Positions 54,479 to 64,000 of a stretch of DNA of 64,000 bases are shown piece after piece; the first letter of the stretch is position 1; each line of letters starts with the position of its first letter. The notes beneath the pieces are model-generated. The model was not told the DNA's origin. It was given only the letters and a program-made list of their open reading frames with translations, and made no database searches. Source of the DNA: Oikopleura dioica (Eukaryota > Animalia > Chordata). The DNA lies in the NCBI GenBank assembly GCA_907165135.1, contig OU015568.1, forward strand, positions 15,697,208 to 15,761,207, written 5' to 3'. The position numbers and the translations under genes were made by a program.

Positions 54479-56579
54479 ATGCCAAGCTTTATCAATGTCA
54501 CTACTTTTACATTTGCAATATGTCTGGCCATGTGTTTCAGCGTCGCCGGAACATCCTTTACAAGAGCTGCTTTTACGACAATCGAGAGATATTTCGGAGT
54601 GAGCTCGACGAAGATTTCTGTTTACGCCAGGAAAGTCATGAATTTTGCCTCAGATGCATTCATTTATTGATCAAAAATGACTCTAAAAAGCTTCAATCAA
54701 ATGGCAGCGATCGTTATTACTCCCGCGGCTGTGCATTTTACCAGAAACATGCATATTCCTCGCATTTTGTATTTCTCTTTTCTCGCAAAGGCAATCGGGT
54801 TCGTCGTTCTTGTCTTGCCATATTTTCTCGGGCCCCGGTATTTCCCCGACGGAGTTGACAAGATCGAAGCAAATGAATCGCTAATCACTGGAAACATCTT
54901 TTGCCAGAACGAGGCTGAAGAAGGAACGACCAGAAATAGCATGGGTTACTGGGAATACTGCATTCCCATTTCAAAAATCATTATCGGCGTTGGCGGCTGT
55001 CTTATCTGGCCCCACTCAATTTCGTTTATCGATAACAACTCCAAACAAGGGCAGTCCTTGGTCCTTTTCGGGTTCAACTTTGTTGGCATCTTGCTTGGCC
55101 CAATGCTTGCTTACAGCTTTGCTAGTTACGTCCTTTCATTGTGGGTTAATTTCACTTATGAATGTGCGCCAGACTGGGTTGATCCCAACGGATCCGACTG
55201 GATCGGAGCGTGGTGGGTCGGCTATGTTATTGCTGCTGCTTCACTGTTGATTTTTTCAACCCCTTTGGCTTTCTTTCCAAGGTCTCTGAAGAACAAAAAT
55301 GAGGATAACAAGGAAGAAAAGGAAGAGATAGATGAGAATTTGGTGCTCAAAGATCACTTTGAAAACGAAGTCGAAAAGACACCAGAGTCCTCCTCCTCTA
55401 TGATTTCAGAAACGAAAGCGCTGTTAAAGAACCCGCTTTTTGTAATGCAAGTTTTAGCCGGAATCGTCAATAGCTGGGCGATGGCGACGAAAGCTACATT
55501 CGGGTAAGAAGAACTTTCAAGCTTTCGAACATGATTTTCAGTCAAAAATACATCGAAATTCAATTCGGTCTCTCCCCAGCTGATGCAGCTCAACTCAAGG
55601 TTTTCTACATTGGCTCGCTTTGTGTCGGATTTTTGGTCGGAGGACTGATTGTCAAAAAACTGAAGCTGAAGCCATTCAACGTAGCAGTGTTCCTTTTTGT
55701 CGTCCAGACATTATATTCGATTACGTTCCTCCTTCTCTGGTCCTTTGAAGGGTGCTCTCCCCAAAGTCCAGATTTGCTCTTTGGATCCAAAGAAGGCCAG
55801 AGCTTGGCGGATTGCGACTGCAGGACAGATAAATTCGTACCTGTTTGCGGTCAAAATATAACAATGGACGGAAAGATTTATGATGAGCTGACGATTTTAT
55901 CTCCTTGCAAAGCAGGCTGTTCAGATGTAGAGCTCACTTATTCGAAAGAAGAAAAAGAGTTCTTCGGCTGCCCAGTCGTTTCGAAAGGAATCGATAATAG
56001 AAAATATCTGGACTGTGCAGTTCCAGTTGAAACTGGCATCTGCGGTGCGGAAGAATGCAAAACAAGAGTGTGGATTTATCTTGCTCTCGTTTGCCTTGGC
56101 ACTTTCTTCTCAGGTAAGACAAAAGTCAATACAGTTTTTAAGGCAAAAACTAAGGAGTTAATGGTTCTCCTGGAACAGTGTTTCTGTTACGATCAGTCGG
56201 AAGCGAGCGCAAACCTTATGCGATGTCTATTCTTGGAACTTGTATGAAGCTTTTTGGATGGCTCCCCGCTCCGATTCTATATGCCAAGCTCTTCGGTAAA
56301 TAACACAATGAAGAAAATAAACGAATTCTGATTCAGATTCGCTTTGTGCAGTGAAAGGATCGCTGGACAACTGCGTCTTTTACGACAATAATTCCGTGAG
56401 GCACTTCTACTTTGGAATTAACGCGGTCATTGCCGTCTTTTATACAGTCATCAACTGCTGCTTTCTTCTCGTTATTTGGAGGAGATATAAATCGAATAAG
56501 GTGAACGCCAAATAATTATTGATTTTGAAAGAACTTTTAGCCGATGTGGGGAGGAATGGACATGGAGAAGCCGTTTTAA
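54479..56579 (+). CDS. Organic anion transporting polypeptide (SLCO family)
   Basis: FTTIERYFGVSS; SFIDNN; DPNGSDWIGAWWVGY; KYIEIQFG; Kazal-like CDC...PVCG...SPCKAGC; P..PILY. Confidence 0.9.
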
Positions 56580-56745
56580 AAATTACACACTCGTTCGAAA
56601 TAAAAAATATATATTTCCTGTTACTTTAGGGAGAAACTCATTTCTCTCTAGAAGATAGCTTTTCATTGTGCAGAATGAAGGGAAACATTGAGAAATAAGA
56701 GCACAAAGAATATTTTCATTTTTTTTTGAAATTAATCGAGCAGAG

Positions 56746-58018
56746 ATGAAGAAGCTTCACACTCTTCGGACATTAAGCCTAGCAATTGTTTTGTGTCTCT
56801 GTTTCCTTGTAATTTTGCAAACAAAAGTCGCAACTTTGATCGAATTTGAAGAAAATGCACAAGTCCGCAAAATGCGCAAAAATCAGGAGAGCGAAGGCTG
56901 CGAGGGGTTTAAGAAAAACGTTATTTTCGTGAAAACTCATAAAACAGCGTCTTCCAGTGTTCAAAATATTCTTCTACGGTAAGTAAAATGAACAATTATC
57001 ATTTTATGAGTTGAGTAGTTACACAGTCAACCACGGATTGAATCTGGCAATGCCTCGTCACAACGGTGCTCGCTTCTTCAATCCCGAGCCGTTCTCTCCT
57101 GACATGGTCCGGCCATTCTACGACGAGGATGAGCAACCGAATGTCATCGCTAATCACTTGGTCGCCTCTCCTGAGCTCTTCAATTTCATCCCCGATGCCT
57201 TTACTTTTACGATTCTTCGATCAGTTCCAAGCCTTTACGAGTCTACATTTGAGTACTTCAAGACCTCTACTAAAGCCTTCAAAAACGCGGGAAATATTGA
57301 TGCTTTCTATTCAAATCCGAAAGAATTCTATGCTCCAGGAAGTCATTATAATGAATATACTCGAAATCACATGGGAAGGGGCTTAAGAATTCTTTTAATA
57401 TTGGTAAGAGAATCTCGTATTTTTTAATCCCCGAAAAGCCCATGATCTTGGGTTCAAACAAGACTCAGTGGATCCTGTATATTTTCAGAAGTCTGTAGAA
57501 TACATGGAAAGAAGATTTGACCTCGTCCTCATTAGCGACTATTTTCTTGAGAGTATGATCCTCCTGCAAGACAGGCTATGCCTCACGATGGACGAAGTCG
57601 TCACCTTGGTCGTCAACGCTCGGGATAAAAATCGTCTTTATCGCCAACAACAGTTGAAAATATCAAGCGCTGGAATTCTTTCGATCTTTATTTATTCGAC
57701 CATTTCAACTCAACTTTCTGGAAGCAGTTGGAGACAGTTCCTGACTTACAAAAACGCAAAGAAAACCTGAAACAGCGAACTAAAGCGCTAGAAGAGTACT
57801 GTGTCGCTGAGCAAAAAGTGTGCGGCTATTTCGACTCCAGTTGCGGCTGGCAAAAATCTGGTGCCAATATCAAAGGATTCTCTCTGACAGAAGCTGGTGC
57901 GAAGAATCAACTCTGCATAGATCTAACGATGCCGGAACGACCATTCTTGGAGAAAATCGCAAAGTTGCAATGGCCGTTTTGGAAGGCTTTTTATTGGCCA
58001 AGCTTTTTAGAATTTTAA
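56746..58018 (+). CDS. Galactose-3-O-sulfotransferase family; probable 1-nt assembly indel at 57627-57631
   Basis: Type II TM; VIFVKTHKTASSSVQNILLR; FTILRS; FDLVLISDYFLESMILL; RWNSFD. Confidence 0.9.
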
Positions 58019-58223
58019 AACTGTTTTCGCTTTCCTGACCTTGTCTTCTACCAATAAATTTACAAAAACATCTCTGGCTGTATACGATGCCGCCTCCCGG
58101 TCGAGGATTACCTTTTGTACTTTGCTCTGGAATTCACTTTAGTTTGAACAAGGAATCCTGGCTTTCTAGAACGGTGAGAAATCGTCGTCTAAGAAAACCC
58201 ATCAGTCAACCGGAAAGAGCAAA

Positions 58224-59422
58224 ATGCACAAGAGAAGGTTTTACCAAAAATATTCATCAAGTATTTTTCTCGGCTCATTTTGTACGATTTGCTTGTTCGT
58301 TCTCAATTATGTAAGTCAAGTCTACAAATAAATTTTTTACAGTGAAAACATGGAAGAGTACATGAGAGACCCCTCTTGATTTTAGGACTACGTTTCATCA
58401 TTCGAAAAGCAGAACTATTACCGAATTTCGAACGGCGTCTGCAGCCCAGAATTTATGCCAACCTCTTGGCGTGATAATTCAGCCGCTCAAAAATGGCATG
58501 TTGGTCTTTTGAAAGTACCGCGGTAGGCGATTCTTTTCTTCAAGCTTCTTCCATTTATAGCTGCCCAAAAGGAGAGAGAAGACTGACAGTTATCATCAAA
58601 ACTGCAATTTTAAATCGACAGAGCCGAGATATTCTTCGCAATTACTATTTGAAAATCAAAAGAAAACTGTTGGAAGAAAATGGTATTGAGTTGTCTCATT
58701 ATTTCGTCGTCGGCAGGAAAGAAGACTCGACCGTTGAGGAAAGAGCGACATGTTTTTATAAATAATTTTTGTCTGAAATTATCAAAAAGCTCGGAATAGG
58801 ACGCAGATGACATCATTATTGGAAATTTCGAAGATACTTATGCCAACTTACCCTACAAAACAAAAGCCGCCTATGAATACTTTTCTTTGTGTGAAAACAA
58901 GGAAGACAACGATGACACGAGCACGCTTGTGATCCACGACGATGATACTTGGGTGGATATTGTGGAGATAGTAAAGCTGTTTGGAGACACGGGCCTGCCT
59001 GCCGATGCTGTTTTCGGGAATCATCGCCTTGAAGTTTCCGTTAGAAACGAGTGGATGGACAGAAAAGGATTCGATGTCAACGAAGAAATCTGGCCATATC
59101 ATTATTTGCCAAATTATATCAGTGGACCTTGTGTAATCATGTCTTCGGAGGTAGCTAAGAAGATCTCTCTGTCTGCTAGGTTTTGTTCAAAGGTTATCCC
59201 GTTTGTCACATTGACATATTTAGTGAGTTCAAGATTATACCCGAAATACCTGTCGAAGACGCAGTTTATACCGGCATCTTGCGAGTAAAGAACTGCCTAA
59301 AGCTCGGAAGATTGGGATGGCTCTTAAATAATCACAAAAAATACTGTCTTCATACAGAAAACCAGATCGAAAAACTACAAAAGAAGATAGATGAAACTCT
59401 AACTTCTTTGAGTCTCCTGTAA
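58224..59422 (+). CDS. GT31 beta-1,3-galactosyl/GlcNAc-transferase family
   Basis: N-terminal TM; DIIIGNFEDTYANLPYKT; HDDDTWV; YLPNYISGPCVIMS; EDAVYTGILR. Confidence 0.85.
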
Positions 59423-59535
59423 TGTCAAACACTTCCTAAAACAGTTTGCCAGCGGATTATTCTAATTTCTCTCTAGAAGAAAGCTGTTTTTTTTCGCGAA
59501 AAGAAATATTTTGACGGAATAAACGAGGAATAAAA

Positions 59536-60347
59536 ATGAGAGCAATTTTTATTTTTTCTATCTTTTTCGCCGGAATAAATGCAAAATTTGAACCTGACTG
59601 TGACGAGGTAGAAATGTTCGAGGCCCTTTGGGAAGGTAACTCAAAATCTGATCGGCAGGATGCAAAAAATTTTTCAGGAAAGGACATTCCGAAGCTAGAG
59701 AAGATCAAGCATGAAAAAGCAGCAGCCTTGTGCAAGTCAACGGAGACCGCGAAGAAGAGAATCTCTCAGCACGCAGCGAAGTCGTTCTTGTTTTATCTGA
59801 CCGGAGAGTTGACAAAATTCAACAAAAATTTCAGCGTGAGTGATTCCTGAAAAAATGTATTGTTGATTACTTTTTAGAAATCAAATCACATCGAATGCAC
59901 GCACCATTCTAATCTGCTAAAAATCACGAAATACTTCCTCACCATCGATTCCGACTTGGTCGACAAGGAAAGGTTAAATAGAGAAGTTAATAAACAAGCA
60001 TGAATGAAAATATTTAACGTTCGCTAAAGGCAGACTCGGAATATTTAGAAGAACTGGATTTTCGACAAATTATCACGAAAACAGCGAAATTGCTGGCAGA
60101 AATGAATCTGAGACTGGCTAGAGAAGATTGCAAGGTTCGATTTGTCAGAAAGCCGCTGATCTGAATTGATATATTTTTTAAGGGAACGGATAATTTCGAG
60201 TTGCTTGTGAACGAGTCGAAAATTCAAGAAATATTAATCAAACTTCAGGAACAGTTTTTCTCCGACTACTTTTTTATGATTAAAAACTTATTTGAAAAAC
60301 TCCAAAAGCAAAAAGAATCTCGACGAATTGAAAAATTAATGCAATGA
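59536..60347 (+). CDS. Small secreted protein of unknown function
   Basis: Signal peptide MRAIFIFSIFFAGINA; several short exons. Confidence 0.5.
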
Positions 60348-60423
60348 AAAAAACCAAAGATTTTTTCTCTAGAAAAGATATTTTCTTTTTAGATAAAAGT
60401 GGTCGAAGCACAAGCGCGAGAAA

Positions 60424-61079
60424 ATGACTGAATGTATTCAATACGATGGTAAATTGAAGAAAATAGCCCCTTTTCGATCTTTTTTCAGGCGATGAATGCG
60501 TGGAGTGGAGCGAGTACGACTTCGTTTACGACATTGTCAATGGCGAAAATGGCGAGGTGCAGATTCAGCAACCGCCGCCAGAGGTGGAAAAAGCACCCAC
60601 GTTTTCCAACGAAAGAATGAATCCATATAACATGAAGAAATACGGCATCTTGCTCGTCGTTTTCGTCGTCTGTTTCGGCTACTGCTGGTACTGCTGCAAG
60701 AAAAACACAGAAAAGGTGAGTCAAAAGAGCGAAAACTTCATTTATCTAGCTTCAGGTTCAAAAAATGAAAAATGGCGGCGACGGAAAATCTTCCATTTCC
60801 TCCAAATCGGCCGGCATCGGCGGTGGACCAGTCAAAAAGCCGCCAAAAGAGATCTCCGTCCAAATCGATGCGGATTCCGAAGACGCTGACGATGTTCCTC
60901 CAGCGCCATCTGCTGCCCGTGCTTTGCGTTTTTCAAGAAAACAGGCGGAAAAAATGGTGATTCTTTTTCTATACTTACAGTTGTTTCACATTGTTTTAGG
61001 GGGAAGTATTCGTGGAAAAAGTAACGAGGCCATTCAAAAAGCCACAGAAAGGCTACGAAGTAGTCGGATCAGACACTGA
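60424..61079 (+). CDS. Small single-pass membrane protein with a Cys-rich juxtamembrane segment
   Basis: YGILLVVFVVCFGYCWYCCKK; exons joined by GT-AG introns. Confidence 0.55.
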
Positions 61080-64000
61080 CTCCGTCGCAGAGGAACATTC
61101 AGAAGCAAACACGGACAAATACGGCTCCGTTTCCGACCGATTCTTTTAGCTCGATCTTTTTGTAGCCTCACTGCCCATTTATCGAAATAAATATACTCAC
61201 GCACGATATCATCGGAACGAGAGGAAGGGACGATAAGATCGTCGTTTCCGACTGAGTTGGCATCAGATTGCCAGTTTTCAGAGCATCTACTAGTCAAGTA
61301 GCTTGGTTATTTAGCTTTGAGTCCCTGAAATGAAGTTGAAGTATTTTGAAGAATTGAATTTTTATTTGAAAGAAGCGAAACGAGAGCTGAAAATTTTCAA
61401 ATGGTCTTGCGTTGTTTCCTTTGTTCTGTAAGTTAACTTCCTAGAAATATAGGAATCGACAATCGAGGTTTCTCTGAAACAGTTTTTGACTCATCATTCA
61501 GTTTCTTCTTATCAATCCATTCTGCTCGAAAAAACTCGTTTGAAAACTTCGCGTTTCCAATTGAAAATCGTCTTCCTTACGATGCATCCATCAACTTCTC
61601 CTTATTCCGGTCCTTCAAGCTGCAACGAGAGTTTGAGAATTTAAAGATTCTTGAGGAGACAGTTCAAACTAAAAACATCACAAGGAATGGTTTGCTAACT
61701 GAATAAGAAGGAACAGAGCAGATTGGCCAAACTAGTTAAAGAAACTTGATTGTTATTCCTGAGATAAAACTGACTTACGAAAAAGCTCAAGACTTTTGCG
61801 AGTCCCGTGATGCTCATCTTCCGACAAATTTTCAGAAAACCTCTTTGTTGAATGAATCCTTCTGGGTTGAGTAATACTCAATTTTCGGTATCTTTTTCTA
61901 ATTTGATTCAGAGGAGACGTGAATTTTATCACAAAAGAAGCAAATATTTCCGCTGAAATCAACGATGAGACTTTGGAAAATATGTTCAAGGACCGGAAAA
62001 TTGGACTTAATAATCTTGGTATTTTTTAAAAATGACAATTTTCTCAAAAAAAAACAAGATAATCGAAAAAGAACAAAGATTTATGGAAATCCGATCAGAT
62101 TTTTGGCATGAAAAACCTTGCCATTATCCCATGAAAACCGATTTCTACGGTATTGATAACCCTAACCCTAACCCCATCCCTAATGAAATTTAGAAAAATT
62201 TACGAAGAGCTTTGTTTGTGAAAATGACACATTTACCGAGCTTGGTCTCGTGAAAGTGTGGACTTCAAAAACTATCCACTGCAAAGTCAAAAAACTGACG
62301 AGAGACTTTCTCCTTGAAAACAATCTCTTCAACAATCAGTTTCTCTACAGTAGGGCTTTAATGGAGTCCTTGAAATCGAAGACCTTTTTCTTAGCTAGTT
62401 GGATAAGAGCGTCGACTGCGCCTGGATTCAGCAGAAGGATTTCTGGCTGGACTCTCGCTGAAGCTTGGAAACAAGGACAAGACCAGATGCCGATTTGCTA
62501 TCCAGATTCATGTACGAAAAATAATATTTTTAATGATTAAAATTTCATCAGGGGTCAAGCACTTGGTTCAAGAAGACTCGGAATTGAGAGTTTCCTTGAG
62601 ATCGAAAAATCGAGTTCTCTGCATTCAAAATTAGAAATAAATGTAAAAAAAAAACGATCTTACAGTGGCTTGAGATTGTAATACGAGGAAGGCGTGTTTA
62701 GGGGACAAGCAAAGACAGTTTTGTGGTTTTTGCAAATTGAATTAAATACTGTCGCCGGGGCAACTGAGTACAGTTCCGCTCTTTTGTCGGGAAGCAGGCG
62801 TAGACACTTTCCATTCATTTCTCAAGAATAAAGATCTCATTTATCGGCATCAATCTTGGCCATTTTTTTCTATCAAAAGACCGGTATCATGGAGCAAGAA
62901 ATATCCTATTTTCAAAATTACAAAGAGCAGCCCGTAAAAAAGGCAGGAGATATTCGCTTCAATTTGAACGGTAGGTTTTCAAGATCAGAAATTAAACTAA
63001 AATATCCAAGCCGAGGAAAAGTCAAGAATCATTCCAGTTCGGGTAAACAGCAGTTACGGACATCGGCCTTTTTACGATACGATAATCGGGCGAGAAAATG
63101 TTCGAATCAACCACTGTCGAGATTTTCTTTCAAAAAATGGCATTGGTCTTTGAAGTATTTGTCTGTAACTCAATAAAATTATAAGCTGCACGAAAAAATG
63201 TTCAAAGAGAAAGTCTTCAAGTCAATAGCCCGTCCTCCCACAAAGTGGATGTTCCAAAGAGAGGCCCCGGAAATACTTGAAATGCATGAAATTCGTCCTC
63301 ACTGCCCAAATTTGTTCAATAGAATGGTACCTTAAAAGTTGATAAAAACTAATGTGCAGTTTTATTTATTCGAAATTTTTTCAATAAATATCAAAGAGGT
63401 TACTCAAATTGTCAATCAGAGTCCAATTGGCAAGGTCAGAACTCTATCATTTCTTTCTTGAAAAGTTAAACATAGCGAAAAGTCCATCATTTTTCAATAA
63501 TTATCATTCTTTACTGAGTCAAAAGACGTGATATAAATCGCACGGGCAAGCCCAGTTTAGTTTCAAAACATTCAAACACGTTCGAGGAGCAGCACTCGTA
63601 AATAACTAGTCGTAATCATTAGAGGAGCTAACTGCAACACGCACCTCCACCTAGCGCTGGCGGGTCAACTGACCCGTATAAAAGAATGGAAGCCACGAAG
63701 ATAGGCGATAAGAGAGAGAAGGGCAGCACTAAGAAAGATGAAGCTTTCATTAGCTGTCTTGTCTACTGTTTGTGCAAAAAGAGATCCAGAGTAAGTACAT
63801 CTAATTTGATTTAAAAATATGCCAGAAAAATAGAAGTGCGATATCTTTTTATTGGGATCGCTGATTTTCACAAGATATTTTGATCTTATTTTATCCCTAT
63901 TTTCCAGTGCTGAACGTCGCCTCGAGAAAATACGAGGAAAAGCAGCCGAGTACAAAACTTTCGCAGAAAACAATGACAATGTGAGCACCAAGCGCCTCAA

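Noticed and set aside
57620-57770. Sulfotransferase pseudogene
   Set aside because: A single missing A in a homopolymer explains the break, and the motifs on both sides are intact.
61300-64000. Additional genes at the right end
   Set aside because: Exon-like fragments exist, but no structure or family could be supported.

Overview
Gene-dense, AT-rich animal genomic DNA with very short introns, several non-canonical GA-AG, GC-AG and GG-AG introns, and operon-like gene spacing. These traits best fit the larvacean tunicate Oikopleura (inference). Recognisable genes: ATOH8, an F-box/WD40-like gene, an integrin alpha, a NEK-like kinase, KAT8/MOF, EPG5, GFM2, ASNSD1, a photolyase, CPSF2, a ZP-domain protein, an OATP/SLCO transporter, a Gal-3-O-sulfotransferase and a GT31 glycosyltransferase. 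At least four families of non-autonomous foldback DNA transposons (MITEs) are present. The main discovery is that two unrelated MITEs sit inside coding sequence and can be removed precisely as introns (introners), by mirror-image routes. In CPSF2, a 530-bp element supplies a GG donor from its TIR and its 9-bp TSD supplies the AG. In the F-box gene, the 8-bp TSD supplies the GT and the 237-bp element's TIR supplies the AG. Also noted: a near-identical pair of 42-nt intron-like sequences on opposite strands, a microbial-type photolyase (horizontal transfer candidate), and an E-box-rich non-coding domain around ATOH8. Three single-base homopolymer frameshifts look like assembly errors. Exon boundaries were deduced by eye and are unverified.
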